A stretch of DNA of 64,000 nt from Octopus vulgaris (Eukaryota): positions 14,818,001 to 14,882,000 of the forward strand of contig OX597822.1 of the NCBI GenBank assembly GCA_951406725.2, in the 5' to 3' direction. Position 1 is the stretch's first letter. Each line of letters starts with the position of its first letter. The notes beneath the pieces were generated by a model. It was given only the letters and a program-made list of their open reading frames with translations. It had not been told where the DNA came from and searched no databases. Below are positions 26,056 through 38,698 of the stretch, one piece after another. Position numbers and translations under genes: made by a program.

Positions 26056-27483
26056 TAAACAAATAATAACATCGATCAATCGTTGCAGAATGGATCAGTT
26101 TCGTCTAACATCCTCATTATGATGTTGTATGCTCTGTTTTAACACGCATCTAATTGTAAGTCCATCCGAACATTCCCGAATGTTTTAAGATCTATCATGG
26201 ATCTTATATGCTATAGCATAGCCATATATAAATCATCATCATCATAACCTTTACCATTCCAAACAGTTTTTTCTAAACAAAGCAACACACATGGCCAGCA
26301 GATTAACTTATTAAGCGTAGCACTACCAGTTAACTAGTTTTTCTTTTCATACAAATTAACCCGAAATTGTCTCATGAATTTTTTGCACTAGCGTCGAAAA
26401 TCGTAATTTCGGTGTTGGTCGACCACCATTTATAATTAATTGCTTCCTTTCAAATTATTTTTATTTGAAAAACTATTTTACAAAATTACTTCCATAACAC
26501 ACATTTCAGTTATTTGCACAACTATTTGGAAAATCCAAGAGAAATCTTATGAAAATAATAGTGTGCGTGTGTGTGTGAGTGTGTGCGTGAATTTACAAAT
26601 CAATTTCAACAAAACAAAAAGATAATTTTAGTAAATCAATGAAAGATTAATTAGCTATATTATATTTCTGAGTTCAGAATTTTTGAAAATTTGTTCAATA
26701 CAGAGAATGGTTAAATATAATAATTTCAAAATTTGTGACCGAACGAAATAGATATTCGTAAGTCACGGCAACATTTCAGCTAAATAATTAAGAATTATGG
26801 GATTATTGATGTTTTGGTTAGAATTTTTACGGGTCAAAAAGTCAAACCCTGTCAACCATTTAGCTTGTCGTGTTAGCGACATCAATTCAAAGAATTATTG
26901 ACAAAGAAAAACTGATAGAAGCTGTAACACTCGTTTTACTCAAAGTATTTCTTCTGTTGTTATTTTATCGAGTTTTACAGAAAAGCAGGAGAGAAATGAA
27001 AGAAAGGGAGAGGAGCACAAAATATTTCATATGCATTTTTCTTTAAGTATGCCTAGAAGAAGCTGAATTGAGCATGTAAATACAGGAAAGTATCGAATAT
27101 GGACGGGTTTCCTTTGAAACAAAGTATTTCAGCTCAGTTTCCAATGATTTTGACAACTTAAATTAATTTTTCAGTTATATAAAAAAATGAACGGACATGG
27201 AGTATATATGATTTGCATGTCTCAACTGCACGCCACTGATACATATACATATATTTATATACATACATATATATATATATAAATACATATATATATATAT
27301 ACATAAATTATAAGAGAGTTACCACTATGTGGATAGCTCTAGTGCTAAAAATAGCTCCGTTACTAGTATAGCCACAGAAAGATGTTTCCAAGAAGAAATA
27401 ACATTACATAACATTACATTTAACGGAAACTGGTGTTAAACTGATGGTATTATTAAATTAATATCAAATTTGTCACCCTCATT

Positions 27484-27536
<53 letters not shown>

Positions 27537-29759
27537 TTGTGTGTGTGTAAACGTTATATATATATATATGTATACATACACACACATATATATATATACG
27601 CAATAATAAATCCCTGAACGAGGTATAAAAAGTAACTGCACGACAATGTGAAGTATATTTGCTATCTAAATGTGGCTACCCACTAAGGGTAGATGTTACT
27701 GTAGCTTGTAGCCCCAGGAGCTATTGACACACTTTCTGTGCCCTATCGGTATATATATATATATATATGAAAAACTTCCTCAGACCCCTATATGTAAAGT
27801 TGGACCTTCAATACATTTTTAGCACTAAAACCGGTTTTTCTGAATATGAGCTGCTAAACTGAGGAGTGCATCTAATAGGCCCGTGCGTGTTTTGGAACAT
27901 CCAATGCTGTGGCTATCTTTCGTGGATACCATTTGTAAAGAAGTTACTAGAAATGGTATTACACCTGTCCTAATCCATGTATATGGAATATCATGCATGG
28001 GATTTTGAAGAAAGTTTTCTCAGCAATTTCTTGTGTCCCATTCACAACGCTGGCGTGTTCTGCAATACAGGATATTGCAATATCGATATCTTATTCGATG
28101 TTTTCCATTATTTTTTTTACCAGATATCTCATCAAAAGAGAGAAAAAATGTCGTATTGAATGAAACCAACATTCTAAATAATTTTAATATATTTAAACAC
28201 ATCGACAGTAATATTAATGACAATGATGACGATGACGATGACGATGACTATGATGATGATGATAATGATGATGTTAGGGAATTGCTGTTCGTATCATTTC
28301 TTTGCCCTTATAAATTTATACTTTTTTACGTAATTCCCTGCAGAGATAAATTCCTGCAACTTTTAAGATAATAGCCATAGCAAAGAAATGATGACCGCGA
28401 TGACGACGATGATGATGATGGTGGTGGCGGTGGCGGTGGTGGTGGGCGATGCAATGAAGACTGCGGTGTAGAAAGTGATGATGTTTTAATGGTGATGATA
28501 CAAACTCTTCTTTCCTGCATATCTTAATCTTCTCACTATACCTATTTGTATGCATATACATATACAAGCACATATGTTCACATATACATAAATGTATATA
28601 TATATATAAATGCACAAACGCACACACATATATATGTTTGTATATCTATATAGATATGTATATATGAATATGTGTGTGTGTTTGTGTACGATATATATAC
28701 ATACGCTTATATATAATATACATGTATATGTATACACTTATATATCTATCTATCTATGCATCCCTTTATCTCTCTCTCTTCATATATATATATGTATAAA
28801 TGTATATATATATATATATGTATATATATACACGCACACAGATATACCTTGCTTTCTGTATCAGTTTGCTGCTTTCACTTTTTACAATTTTTCCCTCCAA
28901 TATTGCCCATCAAGATAATGCTGATTGAATGATCTTATCTAGTTGGAATTTGGCAAAGTTATATTCCCAGGGCTTATTCAGTCATGAGCTACAAAAAAAG
29001 ATCAGTGCTCCAAAAATAAGATTTGATTTCCCTACTCACTCATAAATATGATTAACCAGATCAACACTTCCTTGCAATCTCTTTAAGAAAATAGTCTTTT
29101 CTTGCAACTTTATGCACCATTTCCACACATTTTAATATTTTCGACAAGACTACAACATGATATTTTTCGACAAAATGTCTTTTTTTTCATTTCACCATTT
29201 TATATTCTTCAACATTTTTTCTACCTCTTCTAACAGCGATTTCAATGGATTTTCTTTTCTCCTTTTTGTTTTCTTTTGCATATTAGGCTATAGTAGTTTC
29301 ATAATATTTTCCTCAATCTGTAATCTCCAACTCCCCAAAGGTGGGAGATGAATAATACAAGCGGTTGGGTCCAAGAAAAGAAGGCCGTTGAAAATCGGTC
29401 ACCCTATCTCTAAGCATCGAATGTTTGGCGTGATTAATGTTATGGAAGAAGGAGAGCAGCTAACCAAGCAGTTCCATATTACGATTGCAACAATAATATT
29501 ATCGACAACAACAACACAACAGCAAAGGAGCATAACAGAAAGGAATCTCGCAAACACAACAATAACCATTGCAACTATGGCAACAACAAAAACAGCAACT
29601 GCAACAACAAAAGCGAAAAGAGGAATTTAAGCACCAAGAAGGTATAAAGATTGCATAAAAGCATCACAGAAAACCAGTTATGAACGAGGGGATGTTGAGC
29701 TTACAATGGACCTTTTATGCAGAAATTCCCCCCCCCCCGCTGAAGTTCTTCAAATTTCG

Positions 29760-30370
29760 TTCTATTGCTATATGCAAGGTGATTTTTAACATTCACGGAA
29801 TGGGTTCGCAGTCGAGTGCCTCAAAGCAAGGGTGAAAATTAGTGTTCTAAAGACTGAAAAATTGGTCCTCTCAAGAAAGAGTTCTCGTACACTCTGTATC
29901 TTAGGAGAACTACATTAAGGCGAGTAGAGAAGTTTAAGTATCTCACAGCCGTATTAATTTGCGTTTTGATGCAGGAGGATAGACGAACGGTAACGCGACA
30001 GTTTCTATTCATATAAAAGGAGAGAGATTCGTAAAAATTAAAAGGCCAAAGTTGTCGTTCTGATCTACAATCATGAATGTTGAGTAATGGCCGAAAGTGT
30101 ATTATTATGAAAACATGTGACCAGAATGGGATTCTTCCGAAGAAACTCCTGGGTCATGTTACTCGACAGAGTAAGTAGCTCGGCCGAACCAATTGGCAGG
30201 AGTCCTTAGGGTAGTCCAAGAATGAGATGGCAGGGTAATGCTCATAGTATCAGTTGGTCACGCTTCAGAATCAGCCGGAAAGTGGTTGCTCCTGATAGAA
30301 CCGTTTGGATGAAAATGCCTGAGGACTTCCATGAGCTTCTCAGGAAAATTAGCGGAGAAAATTAATGGAT
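29760..30370 (+). mobile_element. Highly decayed RTE-like LINE remnant
   Basis: Fragments such as LRRVEKFKYL, VLIYNHEC and GRSP*GSPRMRW resemble RTE RT C-terminal motifs. Ends in (ATGG)n. Confidence 0.5.
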
Positions 30371-31137
30371 GGATGGATGTGCTAAAAGGGAATGGAAAAG
30401 GTCTCATCATTCGAGGTTGATTGTGCCGAAACTACACACTGCTGTAATATTAATCACGGCTAATAAAAGGAAAATAAACGTCAAAACTGTCCAAATACAA
30501 ACGGGGGAGGACATGGATGAAAGCCTCTCCTTAATACCGACCATTCTAATAAAAACGTTTCTGTGAAATTTTGAGAAGTGTTTTGCTAATGGGCGTCACA
30601 CATTCTCCGAGGGATTTTCAGTAAAAAATATTTTAAATGAAAGGTAAAATAAAAAAAAAGTTTCCTTACCACATTCTCTCTTTTGTACCTGGTTGACTTT
30701 AATTGTTTCAATTAAAGATGAGCGTTTGAGAATCAGACAAAATACTCTGTGGGTTTTCCTGTCTGATTCTTTACGTTCCGATTTCAAATCACATCCAGAC
30801 TAATATTACATTTCATGTTTTCGAGGCTGATAAAATAAATTGCCACTAAAGTAAGTCAATAGCATGAGGGTCTATGCTATTGACTTACTTCCATAAAAAT
30901 TCTTGCGCTTAAGCCTAAAGGAGAAGCCATTATGAAGGAGAGAAATTGGTCCCGTAGTTAGTGTAACAAATGGAAATTATCCCTGAGACTTGATGTCAGG
31001 TCAAGCCAGCATTAACTTATGCATTCATTGTAGATAAATAAAGTACCAGTCAAGTACTGGAGTGGTTTTTAAATAGCAACAGCTATTATTGTTATAATCA
31101 TTATTGTTATTAATAGTCTTCTGCTCCTCCTCTCCCC

Positions 31138-31203
<66 letters not shown>

Positions 31204-31356
31204 TTACTACTACAGGGCACAGAGATGGTGGAGCAGAAGAAACGTTAGAACGTCCCTTTATATTCAGATCTCAAAGTCCTCTTCCATCAATCACGACTGG
31301 ATGAAATAGGGCCAAGGTGTGTATATATATTTATATTATATATATGTATGTATTTA

Positions 31357-31437
<81 letters not shown>

Positions 31438-31489
31438 CTGTGTGTGTGTGTGTGTGTTTGTCTGTGTTTGTCTGTGTGTGTGTGTGTAT

Positions 31490-31685
31490 AATGAATCCAA
31501 ACAAAGAAGAACAAACAAGAAAAAACAATCACGCGAGGACGTGGTACAAATACTGTATTATCAGACACTCAGGAAAGAGAGATTTAACGTTTCGAGCCTT
31601 GCTCTTCTTCAGAAATAGAGCAAAGTCCAAAGGAAGGGAAGACGGAGGAAGAAAATCGCCAACGATACGCACGTGGTTACAGAGA
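31490..31685 (-). mobile_element. Diverged PLE-terminal-repeat relative adjacent to (TG)n/(TA)n
   Basis: Layout and short blocks (GTACAAA...TGTATTA...CTCAGGAA; AACGAT) shared with 34572-34770. Confidence 0.6.
31582..31616 (-). ncRNA. Minimal type-I hammerhead-like motif with canonical core
   Basis: Minus: ATTT-CTGAAGA-A-GAGC(AAG)GCTC-GAAA-CGT-T-AAAT. Confidence 0.75.
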
Positions 31686-32614
31686 CCAATTAGAACATTT
31701 TTACTTTGTGGGGGTGGGTGGGTCCATAGTTAGATTTCGAATAAAGGTTCTTCATATCAAATTTGTAGCTTACTATTGCAAGTATTTTATTAAAAATATG
31801 AACATTTTACAGGTATAAGGTGTTATGAGCATTTATAGAACGCAGTCTTATATTAAACTCAACAAACAATTAAAAGCTAAAAGTTTTATAAAATTTTAAT
31901 CCATGCATACGATCGTTTCAAATGATAACACCAGCAAGTAAGAAACATGGAAGAAATTAAATTAATGATAATTATAATTAAATTGATTTAATTACATATT
32001 ACCTATTTCATTACTACCCACAAGGGGCTAAACACAGAGGGGACAAACAAGGACAGACACACGGATCAAGTCGATTACATCGACCCCAGTGCGTAACACA
32101 CACACACACACACACACACATAATTGACTAATGAAAAGAGCCCAAAATTTGAGCAGTGTCGAGAATGTACAGGAGACGGCAACAATGAGAAAAATCAGAA
32201 TGAGAAAAATCAGAAAAAGAATTTAAACGATTTCCATCGACTTACATTTTGTATTCAGAAATCCCGTGCAATAATAATAATAACTTTCAGCAGAAATTTC
32301 ACGTCATAAATAATCAGAGGTAAAGTATTCACCTTGTGTCTTTTCACTTTTAAATCCAACAACTGTAACAATGCTGAAACGCCTAAATTATAACTTCTAA
32401 CTACTGGTTTGACTGAAGCTAATGACACTTCACTTCTGTACTTTACTTATCTGATCAGAGGTCGAGATTTTAGGCTTGTTTCTTATCTTAATGAATGGAT
32501 TACCGATGGTTTCAATAAAGGATAGATAAATCTTGATTAGTTACTGATCAGCATTTCCGGAGCAAAGTCAGTTCGAATGAGACTCCAAAATCAATCACAT
32601 ACACACATATATGG

Positions 32615-32693
<79 letters not shown>

Positions 32694-32739
32694 GCATGTG
32701 TGTGTATGTGTGTGTATATTTCGCTATGCATATATATAC

Positions 32740-33130
32740 TTTTCTACTCAGGCACAAGACCCGAAATTGTGGGGGAGGGATCCAGTCAATTAGATCAACA
32801 CCAGTACGTAACTGGTACTTAATTTATCGATCCTGAGAGGATAAAAGCAAACTCGAGCTCGGGGGAATTTGTACTCAGAACGTAAAGACAGACGAAATAC
32901 CTATTTCTTTACTACTCACAAGGGAGGACAAACAAGGACAGACAAGGACAGACAAACAGATTAAGTTGCTTATATCGACCCCAGTGCGTAACTGGAACTT
33001 ATTTAATCGACCCCGAAAGGATGAGAGGCAAAGTCGACCTCGGCGGAATTTGAACTCAGAACGTAGCGGCAGACGAAATACCGCTAAGACTTTCACCCGG
33101 CGTCCTAACGTTTCTGCCAGTTCGCCGCCT
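32740..33130 (-). mobile_element. Dimeric family-A SINE
   Basis: Head at about 33130 and two internal units. Confidence 0.88.
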
Positions 33131-33471
33131 TGGTATATATGTATTTAGAGACACATACAATACGAACTTCTAAGATTTGTGTTATTCAATATTTTAGAGA
33201 TATTTTTTCATATATGATTAATAATTTTTAATTTAAGAAAATCATTCTTCAAATATTGTCACTGAAAGAGAAATCTTGTAAAAAAACACTTGTTTCCTAT
33301 CTTCATCTGTTTTCTCTCCTCATATCATTCCTTAGAAGAGCGTTAGCTCGAAATTTCAAAGACTTCTCCCACTTTTCCTGTGTGTGAAGACTATTACATC
33401 TTGTTTATTGCTCCCCTACCTGTTTCGGCATCTTGTTTTGGGAGTTTTCTACAACAATTTATATATATATA

Positions 33472-33672
33472 TTACGGAGATGTACTTGCATAGCAATTGA
33501 TTTGATCTGAGATCGTGTGCTGGAACGAAAACAATTGCTGCGTGGAAGGTGTTTGTAAGCCATTTAAGAAACACACAAAAGCCGTTCGATTCACTTCAAC
33601 ATTTAAGTTTAATTTGTCAAAATATTTTCGTCGCTATAAGACCGCGACCTGTTCACTGACAAAAATCCGTGC

Positions 33673-33676
<4 letters not shown>
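33472..33676 (-). mobile_element. About 205-bp (TA)n-flanked repeat carrying a hammerhead-like motif; second copy at 13319-13488
   Basis: Near-identical to 13319-13453; (TA)n on both sides. Confidence 0.8.
33613..33663 (-). ncRNA. Minimal type-I hammerhead-like motif, G3-C8 core variant (copy 2, intact stems)
   Basis: Minus: TTTGTCA-GTGAACA-G-GTCGC(GGTCTTATA)GCGAC-GAAA-ATAT-T-T-TGACAAA: 7-bp stem I, 5-bp stem II, AATATT palindromic stem III. Confidence 0.78.
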
Positions 33677-33758
<82 letters not shown>

Positions 33759-33859
33759 AATGCACAACGGATAGAGATCATAAAAATGATGGAGAGTACT
33801 GACTAGCAGCAAATTATGCTAAAATAAGAGTTAAATTAACTCTAAAGCTTTATACTCAA

Positions 33860-34498
33860 TGACTGGCAATGGGAGTTAAGTTCGAATGGTGGATGAACGC
33901 ACACCCGAACAGCTGTTTTACGGTGAACTTGTAGATGCGGAATGCTATAGGTGTAAACCTAAAAAGAGGTTTAAGGACGGTATAAGGACTACCATGAAGT
34001 CCCTTACTTTGGATCAAGCTGGATGGTGGACAAAAGTGTGGAGTGGAATGAAAACGTTTGGAGAGGTCAGGATTACACATGCAAGACCCAAGAGAGATTT
34101 AAAGAAGAATGTTATGACCGAGGTGAATCACAATGACTTTATTTGTGTGTACAGTTTGTGACAGACTATGCCTTTCTTTTACTGGGCTCAAATCTCATTT
34201 GCTGGCCCAGGAAAAACGAACCTCTACCAACTATTCTGCCTATATGTCTGTGCGCACCTTTCAATGCCCTGTATGCCGTAAATACTCAAACCTAATGGAG
34301 GCCTTAAAAGGCATTTTAAGATCCACAAAAATCAGAACTTAGCTGTAGCTCTTGGTGGTCGAAATCAGATATGCAATCTATGTGGGTGTCTTTTCAAGAC
34401 ATTGCCTGGTTTAAAAGGCTACATGAGACGCCATGATGGATCTAGGGTTTAGGTACAGGAGGTGGTCAGACTCTGCATAGTGAGTAGACAACTACTTT

Positions 34499-34500
<2 letters not shown>
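33860..34500 (+). mobile_element. 3' end of an RTE-like LINE with three C-terminal C2H2-like zinc fingers, decayed
   Basis: DERTPEQLFYGEL...KPKKRFKD, then CTVCDRLCLSFTGLKSH, FQCPVCRK...GLKRHFKIH and CNLCGCLFKTLPGLKGYMRRH across frames. Confidence 0.75.
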
Positions 34501-34571
<71 letters not shown>

Positions 34572-34574
<3 letters not shown>

Positions 34575-36868
34575 CGGAAGGTTTACGAAAATAAACAAAA
34601 GACGAAGGCAGGTGGAGTACAAACAAATAATGTATTAGTATGGTGCTCAGGAATAGAAATAGAACAAGTCTTTTACGTTTCAAGCCTACGCGCTTCGACA
34701 GAAAGATGCACAGAAAAGAAAGAAAGAGAGAAAAAAATTGCGTGTAGGGGCTAACGATCCAACATGACGTTCTGATTTCAGAAGTCAGAGATCGGAGGTC
34801 AAACGTTAGAGGTCAGACGTTAGACGCTAGAGGGATAGTAGGGGAGATAACAGGGTCAAGTGACCTCGCTCCAACCTGAAGGTTCGTGTGTGCATAAGAG
34901 AGTATGTATGTGCATGTGGAAGAGGGCTGGTGGTTTGGACGTGTGTATGTATGATGTGATGTGTAATGTCGTATGGTGTAGTGTAGTGTGGTGTGGGGGA
35001 GAGAGGGGGAGAGAAGAAAGGGGATGAGGGGATAGAGGAGGGGGATATGGGAGGAGGAGGAGGGAGAGGAGAAGGAAGGAGAGGAGGAGAAGAAGAGAAG
35101 GAGGAGAGGAGGAGAAAGAAGGAGAGAAGGAGAAGGAAGGGGAAGGGGAGGAGAAGGGAGGGGAGAAGGAGAGGAGGGGAGAGGGAGAGGAAGAGGAGGG
35201 AAAAGGAGGGGAGAGGGAGCGCAGGGGAATGGAGGGGAGAGGGAGAGGAGGAGGAGGGGAAGAGAAGGGGAGTGAGGGAGCAGAGAGAAAGAGAGAGGGG
35301 AAGAGGGAAGAAGAAAGAAGAAAGAAGAAGAGGGAAGAATGGAAAGGAGGGAAGAGGAGGGAAAGAGAGTAGGGGTGAAAAGATGAAGGACTGAAGAGAA
35401 GTAGGAGTCGGAGGGTGGGTTAGATGGAAAGGGGGGAGAGTTGAAACCAAATGGCGTAAAAGAGCGAAGAGAGAAGATTAATCTCTGTTCACGGCGCAAA
35501 CGGGAATCCGGATGGCCTCTGTGCAAGGACAATCCGAATACAGACAGGTGTTCCAAGGAGTGACCGGTGGAGCGGAAATGGCGTGAGACCGATGTATCGT
35601 TGGCAAGGCGGATGTCTCGAAGGTATTCCGCGAACCGGTCAGCCAAGCGGCGTCTCGTTTGTCCGATGTACAGGGAATGGCAGAGAGAGCAGGAGATGCA
35701 ATAGATGATATTGCTGGAGGTGCAGGTGAAGGAGTCGAGGATGCGATAGGGTCGGTGATGGGTGCCAGTGAGGAGGGTGGTGTTGGAGAGGTAAGGGCAA
35801 GTGCGGCAACGTGGGCGGGAGCAGGGGAACGAGCCAGGCTGGGAGGTAGGGTCAGGGAAGAAGCTGTGGACCAAGAGGTTTCGTAGGTTATGGGCTCGTT
35901 TGAAAGAGGGGAGGGCTCGGTTAGGGAAGAGGTGTGAAGTGGACAGGTCAGACTGGAGATGCCGGAAAGCTCTAAGAATGGTGCGTTGGAGAGGTAGGGT
36001 CGTGGGGTGGTAAGTGAGGGGAAAAGGGAGGCGGGACACTACAGGGCGGGTTCGGGGGAGAGAGCAGATGCACGGTCTACGGAACGTGCAAGGGCGGTGT
36101 GGATAGTGGTGAGGGGATATCCACGTAGGATGAAGTGGCGAGCCATGAGTTGAGACTGAGTCTCAAAGTCATGATCGTCACTACAGAGCCTACGTAGACG
36201 GAGGAATTGGGAATAGGGGATGGAAAGCTTAGTGTGTTTGAGGTGGGAGGAAGAGAAGTTTAGGTATGAGTGTGAGTCTGTGTGTTTGTAGTGAATGGAG
36301 GTGGTAAGAGTGGAGTGATGAATGCTGACCGAAATGTCGAGGAAGGAGACAGAGGTGTAGGAGATAGTGGAGGTGAAGTGGATGGCAGGATGGAAGGATT
36401 GAACGAAAGAGAGGAAGGAATCTAGATGTTCACGGGAGAGTGAGGTGGCACCGATAATGTCGTCAATGTAACGACCGTATAGTTCGGGAGTGGAACCAGT
36501 GAAATTAGAGAATATTTGGGCCTCAACATAGCCAACGAACAGGTTCGCATAGTTGGGGCTCATTCGCGTTCCCATGGCCACTCCCGAGATCTGTTGGTAG
36601 AACTCACCCGCGAACGAGAAACAGTTAAGAGAAAGACGAATGAGTGTGGAGGTGTCGGGTTCAGGGTTGGGGCGGAGGTCGAGAAAGTATTGAAGTGCCT
36701 GCAGTCCTTCGTGGTGAGGGATGACGGTATAGAGGCTCTGGATGTCCATAGTAAAAAGGATTTTGGAGGAGCCGGGAGGAAAGGAGAAAGAGTTGAAAAG
36801 CCGGAGAGCCTGGTTGGTATCGTGGATGTGGGAGGGAAGAGACGCCACTAGGGGGGCAAGGACACGTA
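34572..36868 (-). mobile_element. 5'-truncated Penelope-like element (RT plus C-terminal GIY-YIG, Neptune-like Cys linker) with pyrimidine-rich 3' region and terminal repeat
   Basis: RT motifs LFTMDIQSLYT, GVAMGTRMSPNYANLF, YGRYIDDI, SFLDI; linker CSRPRCRTC; NIIYCISC...LYIGQT...REQRLI. One frameshift near 36055. Ends at (TA)n. Confidence 0.95.
34669..34706 (-). ncRNA. Hammerhead-like motif in the PLE terminal repeat (A6U core, damaged stem II)
   Basis: Minus: TCTTT-CTGTCGA-A-GCGC(GTAG)GCTT-GAAA-CGT-A-AAAGA. Confidence 0.65.
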
Positions 36869-36966
36869 GAATACACTTGTACAAGGTGCCATGCAGTGGT
36901 ACTGAACCCAGAACCATATAGTCGGGAAGCAAGCTTGTTACGTTACTACACAGCCACTCCTGCGCC
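36869..36966 (-). mobile_element. Family-B SINE head abutting the PLE 5' truncation
   Basis: GGCGCAGGAGTGGCTGTGTAGTAA...GGTTCAGTACCACTGCATGGCACCTTGTACAAGTGT. Confidence 0.85.
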
Positions 36967-37883
36967 AATATATATATATATATATATAAAGGAAGAAAGA
37001 GAGAGAGAGAGAGAAGGAGAGAGAAACACACACACATTCACACACACACACATACACATTTATACATACACACACATATTTATGTATTTTTGATGTATGT
37101 TTGAGTTACTATGTAAAAGCGTGTGAATGTATGCGTTTGTGTGTGTTTTCGTACCTATTTGTGTATGTATGTAAGAGTCAGTCCGTACCGACCGATAACA
37201 AGAATTTAAGTACAAAACGTAAGATATATATATATAAAAAATGAAAAACACACAGTCAGAAAAACAGTCATCTTGAAATGTTCATTATATTTAGTATCTT
37301 TTGAAACGTGAATAAGTATTTAAATGTTGGAAAGAAGGCAAACAACAAAAGGAAACTTTGAAATATTCTAAATAAAAGAGATTGTACAAGTTACTCTAGT
37401 GGAAGTTTGACGTGTATCGGAGTGGAAATATTTAAGATGAGAAGCGGATAAAAATAACACTAAATTTACAGCTACGTTGAACAATTGTCACTGCGTGCAG
37501 TTTGGTCGTGTTGAGTTGGTGAGAATTAGTTGAGAATTGGTGCGAACAAATAGCGTATATACAGAAAGGAGATGATAGCTTAATGATTTAGAACAAAAAC
37601 AAAAGGTAAAAGGTGTAAGCCGAGATTTAGGTAGGGCTAGGAACTGGACGGAAGCAAGGAGAGAATTATACACGTGGACATAGACGTGTGTTTGCCTGTG
37701 AATATGTGCGTGTGTGCGTGTGAATGTAGGTGTTCGTTTTGTGTGTATATACGTATATACATGCGTTTTTACATGACAGAAAGTATGTATACGTATATAT
37801 ACATACGTACATAAATAGGTCTATACATACATATGTGCTCACACACAGACACAACCTCGCACACATCTAACTTATGCCAATGT

Positions 37884-38432
37884 AAGGCGGCGAGGTGGCA
37901 GAAACGTTAGCACGTCGGGAGAAATGCTTAGTGGTATTTCGTCTGCGGTTACGTTCTGAGTTCAAATTCCGCCGAGGTCGACTTTGCATTTCATCCTTTC
38001 GGGGTCGATACATTAATTACCAGTTACGCACTGGGGTCGATGTAATCGACTTAATCCGTGTGTCTGTCCTTGTTTGTCCCCTCTGTGTTTAGCCCCTTGT
38101 GGGTAGTAAAGAAATAGGTATTTCGTCTGCCGTGACGTTCTGAGTTCAAATTCCGCCGAGGTCGACTTTGCCTTTCATCCTTTCGGGGTCGATTAAATAA
38201 GTACCAGTTACGCACTGGGGTCAATATAATCGACTTACTCCCTTTGTCTGTCCTTGTTTGTCCTCTCTGTGTTTAGCCCCTTGTGGGTAGTAAAGAGATA
38301 GGTATTCGTCTGTCTTTACGTTCTGAGTTCAAATCCTGCCGACGTTGCCTTTAATCCTTTCGGTGTCCATAAATTAAGTACCAGTCGATCTAATCGACTG
38401 GCCCCTTCCTTGTACCTAGAGTAGAAAAGAAA
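37884..38432 (+). mobile_element. Trimeric family-A SINE
   Basis: Head plus three GAGTTCAAAT units, as in 10394-10961. Confidence 0.9.
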
Positions 38433-38504
38433 AGAATATATGCAAATGCACGAAACTATATTCATTTATATATACATATGTGTGTATGTGTATATATATA
38501 TGTG

Positions 38505-38571
<67 letters not shown>

Positions 38572-38650
38572 GCATACAGATGCATATATGTATATATATA
38601 TATATGCATACATATACATATATATGTGTGTATATATATATATGCATATG

Positions 38651-38696
<46 letters not shown>

Positions 38697-38698
38697 TG

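Noticed and set aside
27850-27900. CTGAGGA, and similar CTGATGA or TTGATGA at about 55213 and 43590 (minus), as hammerhead cores
   Set aside because: No correctly placed stem II-GAAA-stem III follows in these copies.
34813-35450. Pro/Ser/Leu-rich C-terminal extension and the opposite-strand Arg/Glu ORF
   Set aside because: Low-complexity 3' region of the PLE with no domain evidence.
36869-37037. N-terminus of the 332-aa ORF as a true PLE start
   Set aside because: Derived from microsatellite and SINE head sequence; RT homology starts at about 36868.
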